The notes beneath the pieces were generated by a model. The model was not told the DNA's origin, searched no databases, and was given only the letters and a program-made list of their open reading frames with translations. 64,000 bases of DNA, taken from NCBI RefSeq assembly GCF_001194135.2, contig NC_068984.1, forward strand, positions 136,732,281 through 136,796,280, read 5' to 3'. The stretch's first letter is position 1; each line of letters opens with the position of its first letter. This document shows positions 14,440 to 25,873 of this stretch, in pieces. Made by a program: the position numbers and the translations under genes. The DNA comes from Octopus bimaculoides. Its lineage: Eukaryota.

Positions 14440-15546
14440 TTTCTATAATGTTATCCAATAAAGCCACCTTCGGCTTCAACAACTGCTTCTATATTAGATC
14501 TGAATCATCTCCATGCTCGAATTAAGTGGTCCTGATTCATTTTGGACATTACTCTCACGATGGCAATTTTCATTGACCTCTCTCTCAACAACGCTCCACA
14601 TGTAATAATCCAATGGATTGAGATCTGAGTAATTAGAAAGCCAAATGTTAAGGGTTATGTGATCATGAAATTTTCAGCCATCCATTCCTGTGTTACTAGA
14701 CATGTGTTATAGTGCAGAGTCTTACTGAAACACATATGGCCTTCCATTGCATGCACTGTCTATCCAAGGCTTAACAATTATTTCCAGGACCTCAATGCAG
14801 GCGGCAGAATTAACTCTAAGGCCTTGTGGAAGCAAGGAGGTATCACATGTCCTTCATTACTGACAACCCCTAAAACCATGACAGTTGCAGGAAATTCTGT
14901 ATGGATAACACTTGGAACTTCAGAAGGGTCTGCAGATAACCATCTGTCATCTCTTCTGTGAACTTTTTGATCTTGGTCGAAGTTTTTCTTGTTTGAGAAA
15001 AACCAAATCAAATTTCCTTCTTCTGGATTTTTCAGTTTGTTTAAGAGCCATTTAGATCTGATGTAGTTATTTCTTTTGCTTTTTCTGACAAATTGATCTT
15101 TCCTCATCATGTGAGACTGATGTCTTCGTGGACAACATTTCTGACTGTTCCTTCTGACACATGGAGATCTTTTGCAATTGTCCTCATGGACTTTCTGAGA
15201 TAATAATCAATGGCCTGTTGAACTTGATGGATAAATTCAGATGTTCTGATGACTTCAGAGGATATAGAATGCTTTTTATGCTTTGATACTGGTGAAACGC
15301 TTCTATCTTCAGTCTCTAGCTCCTTACAAACTTTGTAGACGAAAGATCTGGCAACTTTTAAAAATCGAGATATTTCTAAATCGATATGCTCAGCCTTTAT
15401 AACCACAATAGCAGCATGCTTCTTCGTTTCTTGAGTAAACTGAGGGTCTGCCATTATTATATTCTGAAACAAAGATTATCCAGAGTTAGCAATAAATGCA
15501 GCAATGACCCCAAAACGATATGTCCTCAAATACCTCACGCACCCTG
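14440..15546 (-). mobile_element. Decayed IS630-Tc1-mariner transposon (transposase pseudogene, maT/DD37D-like)
   Basis: ORFs 15107-15472 (HTH: SMRTIAKDLHVSEGTVRNVVHEDI) and 14778-15110 (WFFSNKKNFDQDQKVHRRDDRW…PATVMVLGVVSNEG), then YVFQ*DSA and SDLNPLDYYMW in other frames. 5' TIR CAGGGTGCGTGAGG follows TA. Confidence 0.88.
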
Positions 15547-16256
15547 TAAATTAGCTATTGGCAACAGAAGTAATCTTTGTAACGAATGTCAATCAGCATA
15601 TTGAAAGCTAACTTAGATGTGTTCTTTATATCTCAGAAGACTGCGGTAAAAGTCTCGAAAACTATTACAGAAGTGCAGTCTACTGGTGCTGATTAAATTT
15701 AGCCAAGCGAAAGAATTTCGATACTATTTTTTAGCATTTGTCGCCTACACGAAATTATTTATTCGGGTCGTTTGCCGCAGTCTACGGCGTTATGAAAAAT
15801 ATATCCAGATTAGCTGGTATGTGCAAATTTATATTCATTACAAAGGTTGCTTATGAGAGGAGGAGAGGAGGGGGGGGAAACGAGGAGGGTGGGAAGGGAA
15901 GGGAAGGAGAGAATATGGAGAGGATGGAAGAGGAGAAGGCAGAAAGGGAGGCAGAGACAGAAGGTATTCGTGTGTGTGGTGGGGTGGAGATAAGATCACC
16001 TGCACTTAACCAGTACTTTATTTTACTGACATCCCGGAAACATTAAAAGACAAAACTGCACTTCGGCAGGTTTTGAACTCAGAGTGGAGTGGGGTGGAAC
16101 GATCTGAAACTCAAAACACAAGCATGGGAAACCATTTTCTAGAAGCTGACCGCATGAGACATAGCTCACCATCAAGTATATTTCTCGTCAAGGGTGCCAT
16201 TCAGAAAGTCCCGCGGGCCGCAGGTTACCCGCAATCGCTGTGACTGCTCTAATGAC

Positions 16257-16510
16257 TCTTATTTCTTTATTGCCCACAAGGGGCTAAACATTGAGGGGAC
16301 AAACAAGGACAGACAAAGGGATTAAGTCGATTACATCGAACCCAGTGCGTAACTGGTACTTATTTAATCGATCCCGAAAGGATGAAAGGCAAAGTCGACC
16401 TCGGCGGAATTTGAACTCAGAACGTAACGGCAGACGAAATACCGCTAAGCATTTCGCCCGGCGTGATAACATTTCTTATTTCTTTATTGCCCACAAGGGG
16501 CTAAACATAG
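16257..16510 (-). mobile_element. SINE family C, one full copy plus the start of a tandem copy running into a gap
   Basis: atttctttattgcccacaaggggctaaacat occurs at ~16261 and ~16479. Confidence 0.85.
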
Positions 16511-17647
16511 NNNNNNNNNNNNNNNNNNNNNNNNNNNNNNNNNNNNNNNNNNNNNNNNNNNNNNNNNNNNNNNNNNNNNNNNNNNNNNNNNNNNNNNNNN
16601 NNNNNNNNNNNNNNNNNNNNNNNNNNNNNNNNNNNNNNNNNNNNNNNNNNNNNNNNNNNNNNNNNNNNNNNNNNNNNNNNNNNNNNNNNNNNNNNNNNNN
16701 NNNNNNNNNNNNNNNNNNNNNNNNNNNNNNNNNNNNNNNNNNNNNNNNNNNNNNNNNNNNNNNNNNNNNNNNNNNNNNNNNNNNNNNNNNNNNNNNNNNN
16801 NNNNNNNNNNNNNNNNNNNNNNNNNNNNNNNNNNNNNNNNNNNNNNNNNNNNNNNNNNNNNNNNNNNNNNNNNNNNNNNNNNNNNNNNNNNNNNNNNNNN
16901 NNNNNNNNNNNNNNNNNNNNNNNNNNNNNNNNNNNNNNNNNNNNNNNNNNNNNNNNNNNNNNNNNNNNNNNNNNNNNNNNNNNNNNNNNNNNNNNNNNNN
17001 NNNNNNNNNNNNNNNNNNNNNNNNNNNNNNNNNNNNNNNNNNNNNNNNNNNNNNNNNNNNNNNNNNNNNNNNNNNNNNNNNNNNNNNNNNNNNNNNNNNN
17101 NNNNNNNNNNNNNNNNNNNNNNNNNNNNNNNNNNNNNNNNNNNNNNNNNNNNNNNNNNNNNNNNNNNNNNNNNNNNNNNNNNNNNNNNNNNNNNNNNNNN
17201 NNNNNNNNNNNNNNNNNNNNNNNNNNNNNNNNNNNNNNNNNNNNNNNNNNNNNTTCATACTGGTACCGAGGACAACGGGGGCGGGGGGCAGAGTAGGTAG
17301 GGACGGTGATAGATGCATCGTTACAGTTTCGCTGTTAATCTTTGTTTCCTATTTGAATATTAACTTTGTGAAATATTTCAACTATAATATCATGATAAAC
17401 TGCTTGTTTATCTACAACCTGAACAACAACAACAACAACAATTACAGTTCAGTCGGTTGAGCATCAGACTTATATATCTTGACTAATAAGTGATCTGGAG
17501 GTTATGGGTTCATTTTCCTCAGCGGGCGCACATTTCCTCTTAGGTGCAGGCGTAACTGAGAGGTTAAGGAGCTTGTTTTATATAAAATATTTACAGTTAA
17601 GCTGACATCATCTTCTGTGGTAGATAAAATAAAAGCCATTTATGATT

Positions 17648-17731
17648 ACAGTAAACCCTCGACTACTGCGGGTGTTACATTCCTCGCGATAGGTGAAAAT
17701 CCATGAAGTAGAAACAATATTGTACTGTATA
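17648..17731 (+). mobile_element. Short Tigger-like MITE; second copy inverted at ~38836-38917
   Basis: cagtaaaccctcga…gataggtgaaaatcc…gtagaaac…tgtactgtata matches the reverse complement of 38836-38917. Confidence 0.55.
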
Positions 17732-17763
17732 TATTTTTTAATTATTTTTATAATTTGTATATA

Positions 17764-18189
17764 CCGTAAATCCTCGAGTATAGTCCGCCCTTGAGTATAA
17801 TACGCAGGGGATTTTTAGGGGTCTGTACCTCTGAAAAACCTAAACCTTGTGTATAATACGCACCCCTTCTTTAACTTGAGTCAAGAAGGTCTATATAACG
17901 TCCTTGGTTTGTAAATGTATATACGGTAATGTCCTTTATTATTATTGTATATATAACATAATGCAAACGTGTAGCTTTTTTGTGCACTTTGTTTGCAGAA
18001 AATAAAGAAATAACAGTAATAACGTCAGTGAAAAATAAATATTAAGTAAATTGCCTTTACATATTTATCACTTAGAAAATTTTGCTTAGAAAATATTTTT
18101 CGTTTTTAACCTCGTATATAGTACGCACTAGAAATTTTGACCTTCAAATTTTGGGAAAAAAAGTGCGAATTATATTCGGGGATTTATGG
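17764..18189. mobile_element. pogo/Tigger-like non-autonomous element
   Basis: TA|CCGTAAATCCTCGAGTATA … TATATTCGGGGATTTATGG|TA inverted termini. Confidence 0.75.
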
Positions 18190-18329
18190 TATTTATTTTA
18201 TTATAAATGCAAAACAACGCCACAGGGGAATCGACGTAAGCTTAAATAATAAATCGCAACAGGTGAACCACAATATGGCAAGGGATTATTTTCTTCCAAA
18301 TTTGCTTTTACACATTCCATAGCAGGTAA

Positions 18330-18974
18330 AATAAAGCCGAGATCACCATCGCTATTTCTCCTTCTGTGCTGGATAAAATAGTACCAGTCAAGCCGAGATC
18401 AGTTGTGCCTTTTAATCTTCTGTGGTGGATAAAATAGCACAAGTTAAATCGAGATTAAATTTGCCTTTTAACTTACCAAGGTGTATAAGGAAAAAAAAGT
18501 GCCACGTAAATCCAAGATCAACATTCCTTTTTAAGTTGAAATCGATTTTACCTTTTAGCTTTCTGTAATGGATAAAATAGTACCATTTAAGTTGATTTTT
18601 AAGTCAAGATAGATAAACTTTGGCTTTTAACATTCTACGGTTGAAAAAGTAGTAACAATTAAGATGAGCTCAGCTTTGGCTATAACCTTCCATGGCGGTT
18701 AAAACAGTAGCTAAGCTGAGATCAGCTTTACCTTCAACTTTCTATGGTAATATAAACTTTAGCATTCTGTCGTGGATAAAACAGAACAGTACCAGTTAAG
18801 ATGAACTCAGCTTTGGCTATAACCTTCCATGGCGGCTAAAACAGTAGCTAAGCTGAGATCAGCTTTACCTTCAACTTTCTATGGTAATAATATAGTACAA
18901 GTTGAGTCGATATAAACTTTAGCATTCTGTCGTGGATAAAACAGAACAGTACCAGTTAAGATGAACTCAGCTTT
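18330..18974 (+). repeat. ~55-bp minisatellite with 137/160-bp higher-order repeats, running into a gap
   Basis: Repeating aagccgagatcag…gccttttaa…ctgtggtggataaaatagtaccagtt; aagatga(g/a)ctcagcttt recurs at 18661, 18798 and 18958. Confidence 0.8.
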
Positions 18975-19870
18975 NNNNNNNNNNNNNNNNNNNNNNNNNN
19001 NNNNNNNNNNNNNNNNNNNNNNNNNNNNNNNNNNNNNNNNNNNNNNNNNNNNNNNNNNNNNNNNNNNNNNNNNNNNNNNNNNNNNNNNNNNNNNNNNNNN
19101 NNNNNNNNNNNNNNNNNNNNNNNNNNNNNNNNNNNNNNNNNNNNNNNNNNNNNNNNNNNNNNNNNNNNNNNNNNNNNNNNNNNNNNNNNNNNNNNNNNNN
19201 NNNNNNNNNNNNNNNNNNNNNNNNNNNNNNNNNNNNNNNNNNNNNNNNNNNNNNNNNNNNNNNNNNNNNNNNNNNNNNNNNNNNNNNNNNNNNNNNNNNN
19301 NNNNNNNNNNNNNNNNNNNNNNNNNNNNNNNNNNNNNNNNNNNNNNNNNNNNNNNNNNNNNNNNNNNNNNNNNNNNNNNNNNNNNNNNNNNNNNNNNNNN
19401 NNNNNNNNNNNNNNNNNNNNNNNNNNNNNNNNNNNNNNNNNNNNNNNNNNNNNNNNNNNNNNNNNNNNNNNNNNNNNNNNNNNNNNNNNNNNNNNNNNNN
19501 NNNNNNNNNNNNNNNNNNNNNNNNNNNNNNNNNTTTTTTTTTTTTTTTTTTTTTTTTTTGTATTAATCGACTTTACGCAGGTTCTGAAAGTTGTAGCCTT
19601 CCACCAATGTTAGGAATCAATAGTTTTTTTTTTTCAAGAAAAGGAACAAAATGAAAAACTCGGCTATTACTTTTTTGGCTTAATTTATGCTTGTTTCTGT
19701 TAACTTTGGTCCATACACTGATTCAAGATGTGATATCATTGTATATCAGACATTCGTGGAAAGGAGCGAGAATATCTGGAAGACAACGAAAATCAATAAA
19801 GTCAGTTTTGTTCTCGTTGTCCGAATACTCTGATGCTTTTGACACCTTCATATACATACGGATGTTATAC

Positions 19871-20348
19871 ATGTATGTATGTATGTATGTATGTATGTAT
19901 GTATAAATGTATATATGTATGTATGTATGTATAGATGTATGTATAAATGTATGTATGCATGTATAAATGTATGTATGTATATATGTATGCATGTATGTAT
20001 GTATAAATGTATACATGTATAAATGTATGTATGTATGTATAGATGTATGTATGCATGTATGTATGTATGTATAAATGTATGTATGTATGTATGTAAACAT
20101 GTATGTATAAATGTATGTATGTATGTTATTAGGTATGTAGCTGTTTATATAAATGTATATATGTAGNNNNNNNNNNTCAGTGTATAATTCTATGTGTGTG
20201 GTGCGTCTGTGTGAGTTGAGTACAACACATGTATATAACATATATATATATATGTATATAAGTATATAATATATATAATATATATATATGTATACAGGTA
20301 TATATTTATATAATATATATATGTGTATATAAGTATATAATAAAATAT

Positions 20349-20401
<53 letters not shown>

Positions 20402-20416
20402 ATATGTATATAATAA

Positions 20417-20460
<44 letters not shown>
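19871..20460 (+). repeat. (ATGT)n / (TA)n compound microsatellite region
   Basis: Seen directly; representative of many (TA)n/(CA)n/(TACA)n tracts that flank nearly every assembly gap. Confidence 0.9.
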
Positions 20461-20466
<6 letters not shown>

Positions 20467-20796
20467 CAATATCCATTTATCTCAATCTCTCTATATATTT
20501 ATATGTGTATATATTTATATATATTTATATGTGTGAGAGAGTGTATAAATATTTTATATAGATCGAGAGACAGACAGAGCATCAGAGAATGACAGAGAGA
20601 AAAAGAAAGAGGGAGTGTCTGATTGATAGAAACATATATAGATATTGATAAATATGCATAAATGTTTATAAATGTGAACACACATACATACATGCATATA
20701 TATATACATATATATATATATGTAAATATATATATATACATATATATATATTCTATAGTCACACACACGTACAGGCATGCACACATATACATATAT

Positions 20797-20835
<39 letters not shown>

Positions 20836-22133
20836 CGTTTATCTATGCATATATAAATACGTTCCCACTTGTGAACAAATCTTTTGATGCGTGAATTGTA
20901 TACATGAATTTTGTTAACGTTAGAATCTATATTCCGTGTTGCACTTGCGCTATGCTGTGTCTTCTGTTGTTAGTGTTATCACTACCACTATTGTTGTAGA
21001 TGTTGTTGTCGTTGTTGTTTTTATTTAGTCTTCTATTATATTTATTCTGTAAGTTCAGCGACCATTTGTCGTGGACATCGACAGTTCTTTTTAGTAACCA
21101 TTTTGAATAAGAATCAGTTCCACTTTCACCTGCTTCTCCTTTCATAGCTGTGTTACGTGAGAATAACAAAATTGATCACATTATATATTTCTAATACATT
21201 TTTCGACTTGTAAGAAGGTCTGCCGGTTAAAAGGTTAATCTCCAGCTAAAAGCAGACGTTTGTTCGGAAATCGTAACAAGCCGGACTAAAATAAATATGG
21301 ATATCTCGGTGTTTAAGGTCTGAAAGAGGGACAAAAAAAAATCAAAATAGAAAATAAGTTGTTTGATTCATTTGCACATGTAAAGATATGCATTATTGGA
21401 TAAAACAAAATGGAAAAAAGTTACGTGGAATCAAAGCCCTGGGATGAGTGGATGGGTGGGTAGGTGGTAGTGGCGTAGCGTGGGCTTTGGCTAGTCTCTG
21501 CGGTATCCAAATTGGCTGTTTCCTCCTTTAAGCTTAAAATACCTTCTACTACAGCAAACACACATGTATAAAATGTTCACCTTGTGCTGTCTACACACTC
21601 TGTGCTTGTAGAAAGAGAGGAAGATAGAAAGGAAAGGAGGGAGGGAGAGAAAGAGACAAAGAGAGAGCACTAAACTGTAATTATGCAAAAACCCATTTGT
21701 CAAGTCTGCTTATGAAGGACAGAATGACATTACATCGACAACAAATTCAAGATCCTAGACCCAGAAAAATACCCCCAAATACCTGCGAGTAAACAACTAG
21801 ATTTTAAAATCCAGGATGAGGCTTTTGTCTACTAATTGCAAAGTCAAAGTGTATATAACTCACCAAATTACATACATATGTGACACGTGACAGTATGTGT
21901 AATACATACATACATACATACATAACCACTTTCTTTTATATACAAAGGCACACGTGTATACAAATATACAAAGTGCATATGTATAAATGTACTTGTTGAT
22001 ATATATGTTACAAAGAAGAATACTTATATCTGTTGAGATTTTTGATAAAATATTTCTTTTCGTAAACAATGAAAAACGTTACTGTTCTATATTTGAGAGA
22101 TGAGTAATTATGTACATTATTTACATTATTTAC

Positions 22134-22504
22134 ATTATTTACATTTGACGGATATTTGTCTTCATCTTGTTTGTTGTTAACACGTTTCGGCTGATATACC
22201 CTCCAACCTTCTTTAGGTGTCTTGGGGAAATTTCGAACCTGGGTTCTCATTCCTAAAGTATTTTGCGATGTTGTTGTTATTATTATTATTATTATTATTG
22301 TTGTTGTTGTTGTTGTTGTTGTTCAGGTCACTGCTTGGAATCGAACTCGGAATCTTGGGGTTAGTAGCCCGCACTCTTAACCACTACGCCATATGCTAGT
22401 GGGCACTGGCATGTTCTAATGGTTAAGAGCGCAGGCTACTAAGCCCAAGATTCCGAGTTCGATTCCAAGCAGTAACCTGAACAATAATAATAATAATAAT
22501 AATG

Positions 22505-22546
<42 letters not shown>

Positions 22547-22685
22547 TCGAAAAATACCTTAGGAATGAGAACCCAGGTTCGAAATTTCCCCCAAGACATT
22601 TGATGAAGGCTGGAAGGTATATCAGCCGAAATGTTGTGTTAACAACAAACAAGACGAGGACAAATATCCGTCGATTGTAAATAAT
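22134..22685. mobile_element. Head-to-head palindrome of two tRNA-headed, hammerhead-bearing (HH-B) SINE-like elements
   Basis: Arms ~22134-22396 and ~22409-22685 are reverse complements: tRNA-like head (TGGCGTAGTGG / GAGTTCGATTCC), (AAC/AAT)n, then the HH-B motif (22179-22221 minus; 22595-22640 plus). Confidence 0.82.
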
Positions 22686-22699
22686 TTTTAAAAAGTAAA

Positions 22700-23050
22700 A
22701 TGTCGCCACTAAGAACTACGAAACATCGAGAGAGAGTTCGAATGTTATTATTCTTGGTGTGATTGTAACAACAAAGTCGTTCGTTCATTGTTTAGCTTTT
22801 GTTAGCTTGGGTGAGCAGCAATCCGCCGTCAGTTCGCCGTCTTCTGGACGTCTCGTCTCTGTTGTCTCTCAATGCTCTCTGTCCAAGTAGCTAAGGTGCG
22901 CTGAATTCATAAGTGATGGTGAGGCCCGGAAAAAAAAAAGAGCGCCAAATGATTAAATTGTTGTTGAAGCTAGTTCTATGCGGAGTCTTGATTGGTCAGA
23001 TTTTTTCGCGTGACACCGGATATAGTGATCTGCTTGCCGAAATATTCCTG
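22700..23050. promoter_or_regulatory. CpG-rich promoter-like region with two E2F-type motifs and a CCAAT box
   Basis: TTTGGCGC (minus, 22942-22949), ATTGG/CCAAT (22991-22995) and TTTTCGCG (23003-23010) within 70 bp, in non-repetitive sequence rich in CpG relative to its flanks. Confidence 0.5.
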
Positions 23051-23089
23051 CCACACAAACACACACACGTCTGTACATACATACATACG

Positions 23090-23121
<32 letters not shown>

Positions 23122-23741
23122 CATACATACATATACATACATACATTATATATATATATATATATATATATATGAATGCGCGTGTTTATCAGAATTAACT
23201 GCTTCATGTTTTGGAAGTAAAAATGATATCNNNNNNNNNNNNNNNNNNNNNNNNNNNNNNNNNNNNNNNNNNNNNNNNNNNNNNNNNNNNNNNNNNNNNN
23301 NNNNNNNNNNNNNNNNNNNNNNNNNNNNNNNNNNNNNNNNNNNNNNNNNNNNNNNNNNNNNNNNNNNNNNNNNNNNNNNNNNNNNNNNNNNNNNNNNNNN
23401 NNNNNNNNNNNNNNNNNNNNNNNNNNNNNNNNNNNNNNNNNNNNNNNNNNNNNNNNNNNNNNNNNNNNNNNNNNNATATATACATGTATGTATATATACA
23501 TATATCCACATGTATATATACACATAAATATACATACATACATATATATACATTCATACATATATATATATATATACGTATATATATATATATACATATA
23601 TATATAAATGTATATATATACACATATACATACATGTATATATATATACATATACGTAAATAATGTATGTATATATATATATACACATATATAATACATG
23701 TAAATATACATATATGTATACATACACACACACACACATAC

Positions 23742-23775
<34 letters not shown>

Positions 23776-24170
23776 TTTTTTTTTTTTTAAAGTTTCAGCT
23801 TAGAGCTGCGGCCATGCATATTTCCATAATGTCCATTTCGAATCTAGGTAAAGAATACATTTTTATACGAAATGGTATTGAAGAGTAGCAGACCCAGCTC
23901 AGATACAAATACAAATAATATGCAAATAAAACAAAAATGAAAAAAAGACGTCATTTTTTTTTTACGTGTTTTTTTTTTCGACTTCTTTCTACGTCCGTAT
24001 AAGAAGAATCTAATCTAGTTTTCCCTTTTGAAGCTAACTATATTTAGCTGGCTTACATCTATTCAGCTAATAGGATAGTGTTTATTGTTTAAAAGTCTAA
24101 ATGTAACAATCAATTTTGTCAAGAACTGAATAAGCAAGCTTAGGCTCTCTTGCTTTATACAATATATTTT

Positions 24171-24214
<44 letters not shown>

Positions 24215-24761
24215 GTTTTCTTTTTCTTTCTTGACAACCATAAATCTGTCTAGTAGTGTTGATAAGAATTTTATATTTTGCCTTTTCTTTTCAGTTGATT
24301 ATATTAAGTGTAATCTAGTGAGAACATTGATGGTGTGTCCACAGTGGCTAGCGAGCTTGTAGAAGTCATTATTAAGTCATTAGTTGACTAAATGATAGTT
24401 TGTGATTGTATATGTTTTTTTCGATCTTTTTTACATTATCCTTGCTTTTATTATTCTCTCTCTCATATTCTCTCCTAATCATCGAACCAATCACAACCCA
24501 CAGTCGGTCACCGACACCAGCTAACATTGTCTTATTCTATAGAGTTTTAACGCTTTTTCAACCGTTTCCAATGACGGCGCATTCAAACGACATACCGAAC
24601 GTAGCATGTGGTAACGCCCTGTTAATTTCCTGTAAAGAAGTTTATAGAAATTTTTAGTTTTGTAATAAAAGTATTCTTCCGTTTCCAAGTTCACCCTCGT
24701 CAGGTCCGCGTCACACTCTTCCCAATAACATAAAGAGAATTTAACCAACAACAGAGTTGCC

Positions 24762-24835
24762 ATGAGTGATTTGTTGTGTCATGTATCTCACGTCTCATAC
24801 TCCTCCTTCGATGTTTTATTATATAATGTAGTGAC
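24762..24835 (+). CDS. Candidate first coding exon of an unidentified plus-strand gene, MSDLLCHVSHVSYSSFDVLLYNVV(T)
   Basis: gttgccATG context, GTACGT donor, CpG-rich upstream region with CCAAT (~24487). No recognisable homology. Confidence 0.3.
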
Positions 24836-25782
24836 GTACGTATACCTAATCTGTCTTCATAAGTCAATGCTTACAAATTATGATTCTGGAATAAATGTAT
24901 ATGTGAGCGCCCGCGTTTGTGCTTCAAAAAGTGAAGAAAAACAGAAAGTTTAGTTCAAACTTCTGCTCGAGAACATGTTATCATCATGATTATTATCATC
25001 ATCTCTTTTACGTCCACTTTTCCATGCTTGAATGGGTCAGACGAAATTTGTCGTTGCACATTTTCCATGGCCTGATGCCCTTCCCGTCATCAATTCCCAG
25101 TGGTGTCTAAGCAAAGTAATATTTCCCCATGGCCAGTCACAAGGCCAAACATCCCTGAGATTTTCATCCGAATCCATCCTGCGGTTCTTGAGCTGTCTTG
25201 TCCATAGACAAACAAACAAACGTAACAGAAAACAATACTTCCACCTTTGCTAAGGTGGAGGTAAAAATGTGTATTTTCATGAGCATGAGTGTGTGTGTGT
25301 GTAATTTGTGATACTGTCTTTCATGAAAAGCAAGATGATATTGCAAATCCATCTAATCATGAACCTGTTTCTCTCCTACATTCATGAACCTTGCCATGTC
25401 TAGTGTTCATGTGTCACCAATTGGTGATATAAACACACACCTTACACATTATTCCTACATTCATCATGTTGCTTTTCTCTCATTGCAAAAGCAGAAAAAT
25501 CGTAAGTGAACAGACAACAATACGTATAGTTTTTCAATATTTTATTTCTAAAAAATATTTCTTTTTCAATGAATATCATTAAATATCTTCTTCTATCACC
25601 ACAATCATGAAAACAAAAATTAAATAAAAAAGTAAAAAGTACAATTTATAAAAAAAAAATCACAAAAAAAAAAAATACAAGAATTCAAGCAGAGGAATAC
25701 ATCGGCAGAGAAATAAAATTCCCTTTGTGTTCTGAGAGTAGCTGTGAGTACACCAAAGTGTAGAATTCACCTCTTCTTGCAG

Positions 25783-25873
25783 TACAGAAAAATCTTATCT
25801 TAGTCTTGAAAGAAAAATGGTTCGCTTACAAAATGAAGAAAAATTAAGAAGATTCCAAAATTTGCAAATAAAT
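25783..25873 (+). CDS. Candidate exon, TEKSYLSLERKMVRLQNEEKLRRFQNLQIN
   Basis: ctcttcttgcAG acceptor, GTaaat donor, phase 2 start compatible with 24762-24835. No recognisable homology. Confidence 0.27.

Noticed and set aside
18330-18974. Repeat array considered as a CRISPR-like array
   Set aside because: Units are contiguous degenerate tandem repeats with no unique spacers, in a eukaryotic context with no cas genes.
22323-22482. tRNA-like sequences considered as true tRNA genes
   Set aside because: Only A/B boxes are retained; there is no complete cloverleaf or acceptor stem, and they continue into repeat bodies, so they are SINE heads.
25490-25508. Possible 7-10 nt microexon before a perfect GTAAGT
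   Set aside because: Including it would put the next candidate exon out of frame; such motifs arise by chance.
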